The notes below the pieces were generated by a model. That model was given only the letters and a program-made list of their open reading frames with translations, did no database searches and was not told the origin of the DNA. A DNA stretch of 64,000 bases from Thermodesulfobacteriota bacterium (GTDB lineage Bacteria; Desulfobacterota; Anaeroferrophillalia; Anaeroferrophillales; Tharpellaceae), in assembly GCA_024763535.1 (NCBI GenBank), contig JANTFH010000008.1:1948-65947 (forward strand), given 5' to 3'. Numbering within the stretch: position 1 is the first letter of the stretch; each line of letters starts with the position of its first letter. This document shows positions 18,664 to 28,978 of the stretch, piece after piece. The position numbers and the translations under genes are program-made.

Positions 18664-20550
18664 ATGAGTAATCTCTGTGAACCCGAAATTCGCCGTCTTA
18701 ATCCCGAAGTCTGTAATCAGATTGCCGCCGGTGAAGTAGTTGAACGGCCGGCTTCGGTAGTTAAGGAGCTGGTTGAGAACGCTCTCGATGCCGGAGCCGA
18801 CCAGATTAAAGTGATTATTGCCGAAGGCGGCAAGGATCTGATTGAGGTGGTTGATAATGGTCACGGTATGGATTCAGGGCAGGCCCGGCTGGCACTGGAG
18901 CGGCATGCGACCAGTAAGATTGTTTCCGCCGCTGATCTTTTCGGGGTAACAAGTTACGGTTTTCGGGGCGAGGCTCTGCCCAGCATCGCTTCAGTTTCAG
19001 ATTTTTCCATGACCACCCGGAACCGGCGGATGGAGGCCGGCGTCAGGCTCCGGGTTTCGGCCGGCGGTGGAATTCTGGAGGAGGCGGCAGCGGCACCGGT
19101 CGGTACCAGAGTTGTGGTTAAAAATCTTTTTCATTCAGTACCGGCCCGAAAAAAGTTTCTTAAAACCACAAATACCGAAAGAGGGGCGATTCTCGAGCGC
19201 CTGCAGCGTTTCGCCATCTCCCATCCCGAGTGCTCCTTTGAGCTTGAACATAACGGTCGCCAACGGCTCAACTTTACCCGGGGCGATCGTGAAATCGACC
19301 GGGTCGCAGCGGTATTGAAACTTGATCCGGAGAGTGATTTGCGGGCTCTTCCGGAGAGCGGGGGGGATGAGATTAAGCTGAGAGGCTATGTCTCTCTGCC
19401 CCAAATTCAGCGTGCCAACAGCCGGCAGCTCTATTTCTTTGTCAACCGGCGGGCGGTACGGGATAAAGCCCTGCTTCAGGCCCTGCTTAAAGCCTACGAG
19501 GGGACCCTGCCCCGGGGCCGCTATCCGGCGGCCGTACTTTTCTTGACAGTTGCCGCCGGGGTGGTTGATGTCAATGTGCATCCGGCCAAAGAGGAGGTTC
19601 GTTTTGCCGACGGCGGCCGCCTCTTTGGGCTCATTCGCCAGGCGGTGCTGGAGTCGTTAAGTGGTTATCCGACGTATGACGCGGTCGATAATTTCACCGC
19701 TTTTACCACTCCGCATAAAATTCGGGAGAGCTCTCCGGTCGCGGGATATGGTTCTGGTTCTTTTTCTGATACAAGTGATTCGGGAAATTCTGATCAGTGT
19801 GTAGTTGAAACTCAGCTGCCGCCGGCTTTTTATGAACCGGATTCCGGTACACAGAATAACTCCCCCGGGCGGGGACTGATTCGGGATGAAAATCGTCAAG
19901 CCGGACGCCGCTGGCGCTCGGATTTGACCACAAGTCAATTTGAAGCGTTACCCGGTTTCAGCGATTCTGACTCCGGATTTTTTTCCACCATGACCATTGT
20001 CGGAGTCCTCTGGGATGCCTATATTGTTTTACAGTCCGTAAATGAGTGCTATATGCTTGATCAGCATGCCGCTCACGAACGGGTACTGTTTGAAAAATTG
20101 AAAAAGCAGCGTTCCGGAGAGGGCCCGGCCCAACATCTGCTGCTGCCGCTGCAGATCGAATGTTCCCTTGTAGAAGAGGAGATGGCTTGTAAATACCGGG
20201 ATAAACTTGGCCGTTTGGGCTTCGAATTTGATTTTCTGGGTTCGGGAACCCTGCTTCTGCGTGCCGTACCGCTGCTGGTTGACGGCTTGGAGATGGAGAA
20301 GGTTTTCCGGGAAACTTTGGCCGATTTTGATGCCGGCGGCAGCGGTGATAAACTGGAGAGTATCGATGAAATGCTGGCTCCTCTGGCCTGCCGCATGGCG
20401 GTTAAAGCCAGCCACAAACTTTCGTTCGGTGAGATAAAATCACTCTTGTCAAAACTTGATCAGACTCCATTGGCCCATACCTGTCCGCATGGCCGGCCCT
20501 TCTATTTCAGGCTGGATCGGCGGCAGATAGAGAAGCATTTTCAACGCTAG
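18664..20550 (+). CDS. mutL: DNA mismatch repair endonuclease MutL
   Basis: QIAAGEVVERPASVVKELVENALDAG, GFRGEALPSI, DVNVHPAK; C-terminal DQHAAHER and CPHGRP endonuclease motifs. Confidence 0.96.
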   Translation: MSNLCEPEIRRLNPEVCNQIAAGEVVERPASVVKELVENALDAGADQIKVIIAEGGKDLIEVVDNGHGMDSGQARLALERHATSKIVSAADLFGVTSYGFRGEALPSIASVSDFSMTTRNRRMEAGVRLRVSAGGGILEEAAAAPVGTRVVVKNLFHSVPARKKFLKTTNTERGAILERLQRFAISHPECSFELEHNGRQRLNFTRGDREIDRVAAVLKLDPESDLRALPESGGDEIKLRGYVSLPQIQRANSRQLYFFVNRRAVRDKALLQALLKAYEGTLPRGRYPAAVLFLTVAAGVVDVNVHPAKEEVRFADGGRLFGLIRQAVLESLSGYPTYDAVDNFTAFTTPHKIRESSPVAGYGSGSFSDTSDSGNSDQCVVETQLPPAFYEPDSGTQNNSPGRGLIRDENRQAGRRWRSDLTTSQFEALPGFSDSDSGFFSTMTIVGVLWDAYIVLQSVNECYMLDQHAAHERVLFEKLKKQRSGEGPAQHLLLPLQIECSLVEEEMACKYRDKLGRLGFEFDFLGSGTLLLRAVPLLVDGLEMEKVFRETLADFDAGGSGDKLESIDEMLAPLACRMAVKASHKLSFGEIKSLLSKLDQTPLAHTCPHGRPFYFRLDRRQIEKHFQR

Positions 20551-20630
20551 CATCTTTAGGGAAATAGCCGTATCAGAGATGGATTTTAAGACTTTTTCCG
20601 GCAAACTGCGGCAACTTGCGCTGTACTCTT

Positions 20631-21383
20631 ATGAAATTTAGTGTATATAGATATCGTTTCTGTTTCGGCTTTTCAGTTCTACTGGTGTTGGCGGCCTGTA
20701 CCCGAATGGAGGTTAAGCCGCTTTCCAGACTCAATGATCAAGCTTCAAGCAAACAGCAGTGGCAGCGGCTGCTGCCGATTGAAACCTTAAAGGCTGATGC
20801 GATCCTCTCCTGGGAAGCGGCACAGGGAGATCACGGGAAATATCGCGTCCGGCTCTTTTTGCGGTCGCCGGAACAGTTGAAAATCCAGTGGCTGACGCCC
20901 TGGGGTTCGGTTGCCGGTCAGCTCCTGATCAACGATCGGCAGTACTGGTTGTCCGATTCCCGCCGGCAGGAGACCTGGCACGGTCGGGCCGTTGATCTCG
21001 ACAAGCTGCTGCCGGATGACAAGGGTGAACAGTTGCAAACTATTACGAGCCGTTTTTTTAAGTTCTGGCCACTGCTCTTTAGCGGCCCGGCCGCCGATGC
21101 GGGAAATTATGCTGATAATCTTTCTGTCAGATATCAATCCGTCGGCAACGGGGATGATCTAAATTTAACTAAAACGATCGCGATGTCGAATGGTGAGCCG
21201 CTGCAGGTCAGACTCTTTAAGATGAAAAAACTGGAGAATGAAAAAATTATGCCGCAGGCGGTGGAGATCTCAAGCGCCAGCGGTCGGGTAGGTTTAAGGC
21301 TGCGGCGTTATTCCCTGCCGGCTAAGTTTTCGCCCGGAACTTTTGTCTACAGTTTGAAAAAGTTTAATCTACATGAAGGATAA
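20631..21383 (+). CDS. Putative lipoprotein (possibly LolB/DUF4292-like fold)
   Basis: Signal peptide with lipobox LAAC; beta-rich body with a TPWGS motif. Family assignment is tentative. Confidence 0.55.
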   Translation: MKFSVYRYRFCFGFSVLLVLAACTRMEVKPLSRLNDQASSKQQWQRLLPIETLKADAILSWEAAQGDHGKYRVRLFLRSPEQLKIQWLTPWGSVAGQLLINDRQYWLSDSRRQETWHGRAVDLDKLLPDDKGEQLQTITSRFFKFWPLLFSGPAADAGNYADNLSVRYQSVGNGDDLNLTKTIAMSNGEPLQVRLFKMKKLENEKIMPQAVEISSASGRVGLRLRRYSLPAKFSPGTFVYSLKKFNLHEG

Positions 21384-21444
21384 TTATAAGGAGAGGGAGT
21401 TTAAGTATTATTCCTTAATTTAAGCTATTTATCAGGAGAGGATT

Positions 21445-22380
21445 ATGTCAGATAGTGAAAACCGTTTCGATGTGCTGATTATCGGTGGCGGTCCGGCCGG
21501 GTTGACCGCCGGCCTCTACGCGGCCCGCGCCCGCTTAAAGTGTGTTCTGCTCGAAAAGATGATGCTCGGCGGCCAGATTGCGACAACTGAAATGGTTGAT
21601 AACTACCCCGGTTTTCCCGAAGGTATTGCCGGAGCCGAGATCGGACCGCTGTTTGAAACTCAGGCTAAACGTTTCGGTCTGGAAGTACGCCAGTTCAAGG
21701 AAGGTCTAAAGATCGAGCGTTTAAGTGATGGGTTTAATGTTGCTTGTGGTGCGGATGAGGTGCTTTACTGCAAAAGTCTGATCGTGGCAACCGGCAGCGG
21801 CTGGACGCCGCTGGGTATTCCCGGCGAGGAGCGGCTGCGTGGGGCCGGTGTCTCCTACTGCGCCACTTGTGACGGGGCGTTCTTTCGGGATCAGGAACTG
21901 GCGGTAATCGGTGGAGGCAATTCAGCCGTGGAAGAGGCTCTCTTTTTAACCAAATTTGCCTCCAAGGTTTATATTATCCATCGCCGGGATCAGCTGCGGG
22001 CGGAAAAAATTGTCCAGGAGCGGGCCTTTGCCAATCCCAAGATCGAATTTGTCTGGTCGCATATCCCCCTGGAAATTGTCGGCAATGACGGGGTCGAAGG
22101 GGTACTGGTCAAAGATTTGAAAACAGATGAGAAGCGTCTCTTAAAGGTTGCCGGGGCTTTTATCTATGTCGGCATGAAGGCCGACAGTGAGATTGTTAAA
22201 GATCTGGTTAAACTGGATGAGCGCGGCTACATCGTGGCGGGAGAAGATACGGTGACTTCGTGTCCCGGTATCTTTGCCGCCGGTGATGTGCGGGTTAAAC
22301 CTCTGCGGCAGGTGGCAACCGCCATTGCCGATGGAGCTACGGCGGCAATCATGGCCGAAAAATATATTGAAAATAGCTGA
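21445..22380 (+). CDS. trxB: Thioredoxin-disulfide reductase
   Basis: IIGGGPAG, GVSYCATCDG, GGGNSAVEEA, HRRD, FAAGD; SD AGGAG. Confidence 0.96.
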   Translation: MSDSENRFDVLIIGGGPAGLTAGLYAARARLKCVLLEKMMLGGQIATTEMVDNYPGFPEGIAGAEIGPLFETQAKRFGLEVRQFKEGLKIERLSDGFNVACGADEVLYCKSLIVATGSGWTPLGIPGEERLRGAGVSYCATCDGAFFRDQELAVIGGGNSAVEEALFLTKFASKVYIIHRRDQLRAEKIVQERAFANPKIEFVWSHIPLEIVGNDGVEGVLVKDLKTDEKRLLKVAGAFIYVGMKADSEIVKDLVKLDERGYIVAGEDTVTSCPGIFAAGDVRVKPLRQVATAIADGATAAIMAEKYIENS

Positions 22381-22381
22381 T

Positions 22382-23026
22382 ATGGATTACTCGCTGTCGC
22401 GTAAAAAAATGGTTGAGGAGCAGATCGCCGGGCGCGGGCTCAATGACCCGCGGGTTCTGGAGGTCATGCGGCAGGTGCCGCGTCACCGTTTTGTCTCCTC
22501 CGGTCTGGCGCATCAGGCTTATGGTGATTCGGCCCTGCCGATAGGAGAATCACAGACTATCAGCCAGCCCTATATAGTTGCCTACATGCTTGCATCACTG
22601 GGGCTCAAAGGTGATGAAAAGGTACTTGAAATCGGGATGGGCTCAGGCTATCTGACGGCTCTGCTTTCCGGTCTGGTGGAAAAGGTTTATGCGATTGAGA
22701 GACTCAGGTCTCTGGCGATTCCAGCCCGGCAACTGCTGGATGAACTGGGCTGCGGCAATGTTCTGGTGAAGATCTTCGACGGTAGTTACGGCTGGCCGGA
22801 AGCGGCTCCTTTTTCGGCTATTATTGTTTCCGCGGTAGCCTTTGCCAAACCACCCGATACCTTTCTCGAACAGCTGATGATCGGCGGGCGTTTGATTATT
22901 CCTCTTCTTAAAGAGGAGGGTCAGCATCTTTACCGGATCACCAGACATGGCGAAAACGAGTTTCAGAGTGAACGTCTTTTAGGCTGCAGTTTTGTTAAAC
23001 TGGTAGGACGGCATGGCGTCAGATGA
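22382..23026 (+). CDS. pcm: Protein-L-isoaspartate O-methyltransferase
   Basis: VPRHRFV, QTISQPYIVA, VLEIGMGSGY, DGSYGWPEAAPF. Start set at ATG 22382, just after the trxB stop. Confidence 0.92.
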   Translation: MDYSLSRKKMVEEQIAGRGLNDPRVLEVMRQVPRHRFVSSGLAHQAYGDSALPIGESQTISQPYIVAYMLASLGLKGDEKVLEIGMGSGYLTALLSGLVEKVYAIERLRSLAIPARQLLDELGCGNVLVKIFDGSYGWPEAAPFSAIIVSAVAFAKPPDTFLEQLMIGGRLIIPLLKEEGQHLYRITRHGENEFQSERLLGCSFVKLVGRHGVR

Positions 23027-23894
23027 TAAACATTATTTTTCGGGCGGGGCTTTAGGCTCGTATCTGGATGATATCCGGACGATCCCGCTACTCGAAGAGA
23101 GTGAGGAGATCGAACTCGCCCGCAGGATTCAGGCCGGTGATGAAAAGGCCCGGCGGCAGATGATCGAGGCCAATCTCAGGCTGGTTGTTCATCTGGTCAA
23201 AAGTTATCAGAATCGGGGGTTGCCGATCGATGATCTGATTGAGGAGGGCAACCTGGGTCTGATTCGGGCCGTCGAACGTTTCGATCCGAGCTTCAACTGC
23301 CGTTTTTCGACCTATGCCGCCTGGTGGATTCGTCAGTATATGAACCGGGCCCTTATCAGTCAGAGCAAACTTATCCGGCTGCCGGTTCACGTGGTTGATG
23401 AGTTTAATACCTATGTAAAAGGGCGCCAGAAATTTATTCGTGAATTTAATCGTGAACCAAGTTTCGAAGAGTTGGCGGAATATCTCAACTATACCTTTAC
23501 CTCATTTACTCCGGCTTTAGCCCGGCTCAACAATCTGGTCAGTCTTACCTCGGGCAACAGCCTCAGCGGTGATCGCGATGAGAACAGCTTTGCTTCCGGA
23601 ACCCTGGCTCTGGATCAACTGGCCGATAAGAACGGCAGTGACGCTTTTGAAATTTTGGATCAGGATCTGCGCTTAAAAATAATCCTCTGCTGGCTTGACG
23701 AACTGCGCCCTAAAGAACGGCTGGTTATCAGTAAAAGATTTGGTCTTTTCGATGAGGATGGTTCGACTTTAGAGGAGATCGGTAAAGAGTTGGGATTGAC
23801 CCGGGAGCGTATCCGGCAGTTGGAAAAGACGGCCCTGCAGCGCCTGAAAAAGATTGTCGACAGCTATGATTATACCTTAAACGATTTGCTTTGA
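23013..23894 (+). CDS. rpoS: Group 2 sigma70-family factor, RpoS-like
   Basis: NLRLVV, DLIEEGNLGLIRAVERFDP, FSTYAAWWIRQ, IRLPVH, LTRERIRQLE; no region 1.1; downstream of pcm. Confidence 0.72.
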   Translation: MASDDKHYFSGGALGSYLDDIRTIPLLEESEEIELARRIQAGDEKARRQMIEANLRLVVHLVKSYQNRGLPIDDLIEEGNLGLIRAVERFDPSFNCRFSTYAAWWIRQYMNRALISQSKLIRLPVHVVDEFNTYVKGRQKFIREFNREPSFEELAEYLNYTFTSFTPALARLNNLVSLTSGNSLSGDRDENSFASGTLALDQLADKNGSDAFEILDQDLRLKIILCWLDELRPKERLVISKRFGLFDEDGSTLEEIGKELGLTRERIRQLEKTALQRLKKIVDSYDYTLNDLL

Positions 23895-23940
23895 GTCTTC
23901 CTCAAACGGAGCCTGAATCAAAGGCGGGAAAAGAGTTGCA

Positions 23941-25830
23941 ATGGAAAATATATTGACAAAAATAGAGAGCCCTGAAGATTTAAGAGCACTTGACAGCGCC
24001 TCTCTGCCGCAGCTGGCGAGCGAAATCAGGCAGATGATTATCGAGACTGTATCCCGGACAGGCGGTCATCTGGCTTCATCTTTAGGAGTGGTTGAACTGA
24101 CCATCGCGCTGCACTACGTTTTTACGACTCCCAGAGATCTTCTGGTCTGGGATGTCGGTCACCAGGCGTATGCCCACAAGATCCTTACCGGGAGGATGAA
24201 AAATTTCGCTTCACTGCGCCAGTCCGGCGGGCTCAGCGGCTTTCCCAAACGTAGTGAAAGCGAGTATGATTGTTTCGGGGTAGGCCACAGTTCCACTTCC
24301 ATTTCAGCGGCACTGGGGATGGCTCTGGCCGCCGAGCAGTTAGAGCGGAAACAGCGCAGCGTCGCCATTATCGGTGACGCTTCAATGAGTGCCGGAATAG
24401 CTTTTGAAGCTCTAAATCATGCCGGGGCTCTGGATCGGGATCTGATTGTTGTCTTAAATGATAATGAGATGTCGATCTCACCCAATGTCGGGGCCATGTC
24501 GGCCTATCTCAACCGGATTCTCACCGGTTCAACGGTCAACCGTTTTCGTCATGATGTGAAATCTGTTCTTACCAATATTCCCAGAGTTGGTGAAAGTGTT
24601 TTCAAGATGGTCAAGCGGGCGGAAGAGTCATTCAAGGGTTTTGTAATCCCGGTTGGAACGATTTTCGAGGACCTGGGTTTTCAGTATGTCGGGCCGCTTC
24701 CCGGCCACGATCTTGAGGCTCTGGTAGAAACCTTCGAGAATGTCAGCCAGCTTGACGGGCCGGTACTGGTTCATGTGGTCACCAAAAAAGGTAAAGGATA
24801 TATTCCGGCCGAAGCTGATCCCAGCGGATTTCATGGAGTCGGCCCTTTTGCGATAGCCAATGGAGCTAAAATCACTTCTGCAAAACCGGCACCGCCCAGT
24901 TATACTTCGGTTTTCGGCCGGACTTTGACCAAACTTGCGGCTCTGGACAAGCGGGTGGTCGGGATTACGGCCGCCATGCCGGCGGGAACCGGGATTGAGC
25001 TTATGGCGGAAAAATTTCCTGACCGGGTTTACGATGTCGGCATCGCGGAACAGCACGGAGTAACCCTGGCCGCGGGAATGGCCAGCCAGGGATTGCATCC
25101 TTTTGTGGCTATCTATTCAACCTTTATGCAGCGGGCCTTTGATCAGGTAATTCACGATGTCGCTCTCCAGAACCTGCCCCTGACCCTCTGTCTCGATCGG
25201 GCCGGGGTTGTCGGCGAAGATGGCCCGACTCATCACGGAAGTTTTGATCTCTCCTATCTGCGGATGATTCCGAATATGATAATCATGGCTCCTAAAGATG
25301 AAAATGAACTTCAGCATATGCTCTTTTCATCCTTGAGTTACTCCTCGCCCTCGGCCATTCGTTATCCCCGGGGCAGTGGCTTCGGAGTCGAGATGGAGAG
25401 TGAATTTAAGGCGCTTGAACTGGGACGTTGGGAGATCTTACGGGAGGGTCGGGATGCGGCTCTGCTGGCGGTCGGTTCCTGTGTTGCTCCGGCTCTGACT
25501 GCGGCTTCAGAGCTTGCTGATAAGCATCAGCTTGACTGCCAGGTGGTCAATTGTTGTTTTGTTAAGCCTTTTGATGAAGAGCTGCTTGAAACGGTGCTTA
25601 AAAATTTCAGCCGGGTCTTTACTTTTGAGGAAAATGCCGGGGTTGGAGGATTTGGTTCCGGGGTGCTGGAGTTTATGGCGTCCAGAGACATCCGTTCGGC
25701 CGGAGTGGTAATTACTGCTATTCCTGATCACTTTGTCCCGCACGCTACGCCGAAACAGTTGCGTTCAGAACTACTGCTGGACAGCGACGGTATCATAAAA
25801 AAGGTTTTATCCAAGCAGTTTGCTGACTGA
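23941..25830 (+). CDS. dxs: 1-deoxy-D-xylulose-5-phosphate synthase
   Basis: [51 protein letters not shown]. Confidence 0.97.
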   Translation: MENILTKIESPEDLRALDSASLPQLASEIRQMIIETVSRTGGHLASSLGVVELTIALHYVFTTPRDLLVWDVGHQAYAHKILTGRMKNFASLRQSGGLSGFPKRSESEYDCFGVGHSSTSISAALGMALAAEQLERKQRSVAIIGDASMSAGIAFEALNHAGALDRDLIVVLNDNEMSISPNVGAMSAYLNRILTGSTVNRFRHDVKSVLTNIPRVGESVFKMVKRAEESFKGFVIPVGTIFEDLGFQYVGPLPGHDLEALVETFENVSQLDGPVLVHVVTKKGKGYIPAEADPSGFHGVGPFAIANGAKITSAKPAPPSYTSVFGRTLTKLAALDKRVVGITAAMPAGTGIELMAEKFPDRVYDVGIAEQHGVTLAAGMASQGLHPFVAIYSTFMQRAFDQVIHDVALQNLPLTLCLDRAGVVGEDGPTHHGSFDLSYLRMIPNMIIMAPKDENELQHMLFSSLSYSSPSAIRYPRGSGFGVEMESEFKALELGRWEILREGRDAALLAVGSCVAPALTAASELADKHQLDCQVVNCCFVKPFDEELLETVLKNFSRVFTFEENAGVGGFGSGVLEFMASRDIRSAGVVITAIPDHFVPHATPKQLRSELLLDSDGIIKKVLSKQFAD

Positions 25831-27156
25831 ATCACTCAACTCTTCGGCATGTTTTCTGATTTCATCCAGATTTTCGCCTTCGAGCATCACCCGCAGCTTG
25901 TTTTCGGTGCCGGAATAGCGGATCAGAAGGCGGCCGCGCCCTTTTATCGCCCCCTCCACCTCTTCTATGTGACGGGTGAGGGCGGGTACCTCGTTTAGCG
26001 GCAGTTTCTCTTTGACCGGGGTGTTGATAAGAACCTGAGGGAAGATCTCCATAACTTTGGCCAATTCGGAGAGCGGTTTTCCGGTAGAGACGATAACTGA
26101 CAGAATCTGCAGGGCCGAGAGAATGCCGTCACCGGTGGTGTTGTGATCCATGAAGATCAGATGTCCTGACTGTTCTCCACCGAAGTTGTAACCATCCGCC
26201 CGCATCTTTTCCACCACATAACGATCTCCGACCTGGGTTCTGACCAGATTGATCCGGGCTTTATCCAGAACCTTTTCCAGCCCCATATTGCTCATGACCG
26301 TGGCCACTACGGTATCTTTGGCCAGGTCATTCTGCTTCTGCATGTGCAGGGCGGAGATAGCCATGACCTGATCACCGTCAACGATCAGGCCCTGTTCATC
26401 GACAAAGATAACCCGGTCGGCGTCACCATCGAAAGCGATGCCGAGATCAGCCTTTTCTTCGATTACCGCAGCCTGCAGTTTTTCCGGGTAGAGGGAACCG
26501 CAGCCTGCGTTTATATTGGTGCCGTCCGGACTGATGCCGATACTGATAATCTCCGCCCCGAGTTCACTGAACACCGCCGGGGCGACCTTATAAGAGGCGC
26601 CGTTACCGCAATCAATAACGATTTTCATCCCCTCCAGGGTGAGTCCGTCGGGGAAGGTATTTTTAAGAAAAACGATATAGCGGCCGTTGGCATCATCAAT
26701 ACGAAAAGCCTTGCCGATATCATCAGCCGTCGGCCGCAGTTGGTCAATGGTCTGATTGAAAATCAGATCTTCAATCTTGCTCTCAATGTGGTCTGGAAGT
26801 TTGAATCCGTCCCGTGAGAAGATCTTGATGCCGTTATCCTGAAAGGGGTTGTGTGAAGCGGATATCACAACGCCCGCATCAGCCCGCATGCTGCGGGTAA
26901 TAAAGGCGATGCCCGGAGTCGGCAACGGGCCGATAAGCAGAGCGTCAACCCCCATGGAGCAGATGCCGGAGACCAGAGCGCTTTCCAGCATATATCCGGA
27001 AAGTCTGGTGTCCTTGCCGATGATAATCTTGTGCCGGTGCTCTTTTTCCTTGCAGATATGAGCCACCGCCCGGCCGATCTGCAGGGCGGTTTCCGCGGTG
27101 ATCGGTTCAATATTGGCAATGCCCCGGACGCCGTCGGTGCCGAATAATTTTCCCAT
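25807..27156 (-). CDS. glmM: Phosphoglucosamine mutase
   Basis: [35 protein letters not shown]. Confidence 0.97.
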   Translation of the reverse strand: MGKLFGTDGVRGIANIEPITAETALQIGRAVAHICKEKEHRHKIIIGKDTRLSGYMLESALVSGICSMGVDALLIGPLPTPGIAFITRSMRADAGVVISASHNPFQDNGIKIFSRDGFKLPDHIESKIEDLIFNQTIDQLRPTADDIGKAFRIDDANGRYIVFLKNTFPDGLTLEGMKIVIDCGNGASYKVAPAVFSELGAEIISIGISPDGTNINAGCGSLYPEKLQAAVIEEKADLGIAFDGDADRVIFVDEQGLIVDGDQVMAISALHMQKQNDLAKDTVVATVMSNMGLEKVLDKARINLVRTQVGDRYVVEKMRADGYNFGGEQSGHLIFMDHNTTGDGILSALQILSVIVSTGKPLSELAKVMEIFPQVLINTPVKEKLPLNEVPALTRHIEEVEGAIKGRGRLLIRYSGTENKLRVMLEGENLDEIRKHAEELSDSVSKLLG

Positions 27157-27192
27157 AATAAATTCCTGTGTTCATCAAATCCGGCTGAGCGG

Positions 27193-28140
27193 TTATTTTT
27201 TCTTGAAAACTATCTCAACTTCGGTCGGATCCATGGCCAGAAGCTTGACGGTTTTCGGTAGAGATACCTTGACCGGGAGGGTATTATAACTGTTTTCACT
27301 GTCGACCTTGAGTTTACCGAGATCAACACTGATATTGGTCTTTTTTCGAATATCATCAACCTGCATCAGGAGCGGGCATTCGACCACCAGGTCGACAAAG
27401 TAGTTGCTGATACCAATGCGCCCGAGATCGTCATTACGATTGAGAAAGTTGATTCTGATGCCTTTAATTACCCTTTGGGCCAGGGCTTCACCGATAGTAA
27501 TGGTAGCGGTTATCTTGGTCTCTAGATTACTGAGTTTCAACTCCCCCGGAGGTGCCATCAGCGTGACCGGGAGGGTTGTGGTCTTCCGTAACTGGCTTAA
27601 ATCGACCGGTTCGGTAAATACCGTAGCATGTTCTTTCAAGTACTCTTCAGAAACTCTGAATCGGGCTGAATTTGGTGAAATCGAGATATCTCTGACTTGA
27701 AAACCCCGGGGTGGACTACCTTCTGTTTTCAATTTGATCGGCAGGGTAGCTTCGATAAAACGGTCGAGGTAGAGGGTTAAGGTGTCGGGATCGAGATTAA
27801 CTACATCTACTCCCAGAGGCAGCCCGTTAAAGGTTTCCTGAGCTAAATGAATAACGTTTTTGCCGCTTTTTGAGCGGGACATATCAACGCTTAACGATGG
27901 TGGATTTGCGGTCAGCGGCCGCAACAGAGTCTTGGTTCCTTTGACCCGGATATGGATGCTGGTCGGAACCTTGTTGACGATGTTCATGGCGGCTGGAAGG
28001 GAGGTGAATTCCACCGGAACACTCAGTGCCAGTTCCGTTTTACTCCGACCGGAGACGAAAAACCAGAGGGCTGAAGCCAAAATCAGTGACAAAATTTTCA
28101 ACGTCAGGTTTTTGAAAAATATCGATCTTATCTGTTCCAT
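27193..28140 (-). CDS. cdaR: CdaR/YbbR-domain diadenylate cyclase regulator
   Basis: LKILSLILASALWFFV N-terminal anchor plus repeated YbbR-like segments; between cdaA and glmM. Confidence 0.8.
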   Translation of the reverse strand: MEQIRSIFFKNLTLKILSLILASALWFFVSGRSKTELALSVPVEFTSLPAAMNIVNKVPTSIHIRVKGTKTLLRPLTANPPSLSVDMSRSKSGKNVIHLAQETFNGLPLGVDVVNLDPDTLTLYLDRFIEATLPIKLKTEGSPPRGFQVRDISISPNSARFRVSEEYLKEHATVFTEPVDLSQLRKTTTLPVTLMAPPGELKLSNLETKITATITIGEALAQRVIKGIRINFLNRNDDLGRIGISNYFVDLVVECPLLMQVDDIRKKTNISVDLGKLKVDSENSYNTLPVKVSLPKTVKLLAMDPTEVEIVFKKK

Positions 28141-28153
28141 AGATATTACAGCT

Positions 28154-28960
28154 TCAGTTGCGGAAAATGTTGCGCAGCGATGCGACTAAACCCGATTTTT
28201 TTCGCTGCGGGGTAAATAATTTATTGAGAATCCGGCCTAAAGACTCGGGATTCTGCTCTTTCGTAATCTTGCCGCCGATAGAGAGGGAAATCTTCCCGGT
28301 CTCTTCCGAAACCACAACCACGACCGCGTCGGTATCTTCGGAAATTCCCATAGCCGCCCGGTGCCGGGTACCGTAGACCTTGTCGATCATCGGTTCAATT
28401 GCCAGGGGAAGAAAACAGCCTGCGGCCACGATTCGGCCGTTATCGATGATAACCGCACCATCATGGATTGGGGCGCTCGGATTGAATATACTTAAAAGCA
28501 TGGCATCGCTGACCACCGCGTCGATCTCAATGCCGCCTTCAACGATAACCGGAAGTTTATTTTCCCGGGTGAAAACTATCAGCGCCCCGATTCTTTTTAA
28601 GGACATAGTAGTGCAGGCCTTAATGACCTTGTCGAGATAGCTCAATTCCGCCGCAGGATTCAGGGCAAATGATGTTGTCCCGAATTTGGCCAGGGCTCGG
28701 CGGAACTCATTCTGGAAGAGGACAATGACAATTATAACGATTGAACTCAGAAAACCGTTGAGAATCCAGTGCAGGGTATAAAATCCCAGCAGCAGCGAGA
28801 ACTGGTAGGCGATAAAAATCAGAAAAAGCCCGAGCAGAATCTGAAAGGCCCGGGTCCCGCGGATGATGAGCAGTACCTGATAGATAAGGAAAGCGACAAT
28901 GATAATGTCGAGAAAATCGAGCCAGCGGCTGTTTATCAGAGTCTCAATAAATTCGATCAT
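28154..28960 (-). CDS. cdaA: Membrane diadenylate cyclase CdaA (c-di-AMP synthesis)
   Basis: Three TM helices, FQNEFRRAL, HDGAVII, GTRHRAA, VSEETG. Confidence 0.95.
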   Translation of the reverse strand: MIEFIETLINSRWLDFLDIIIVAFLIYQVLLIIRGTRAFQILLGLFLIFIAYQFSLLLGFYTLHWILNGFLSSIVIIVIVLFQNEFRRALAKFGTTSFALNPAAELSYLDKVIKACTTMSLKRIGALIVFTRENKLPVIVEGGIEIDAVVSDAMLLSIFNPSAPIHDGAVIIDNGRIVAAGCFLPLAIEPMIDKVYGTRHRAAMGISEDTDAVVVVVSEETGKISLSIGGKITKEQNPESLGRILNKLFTPQRKKSGLVASLRNIFRN

Positions 28961-28978
28961 AGTTGATTTCTACATTGT

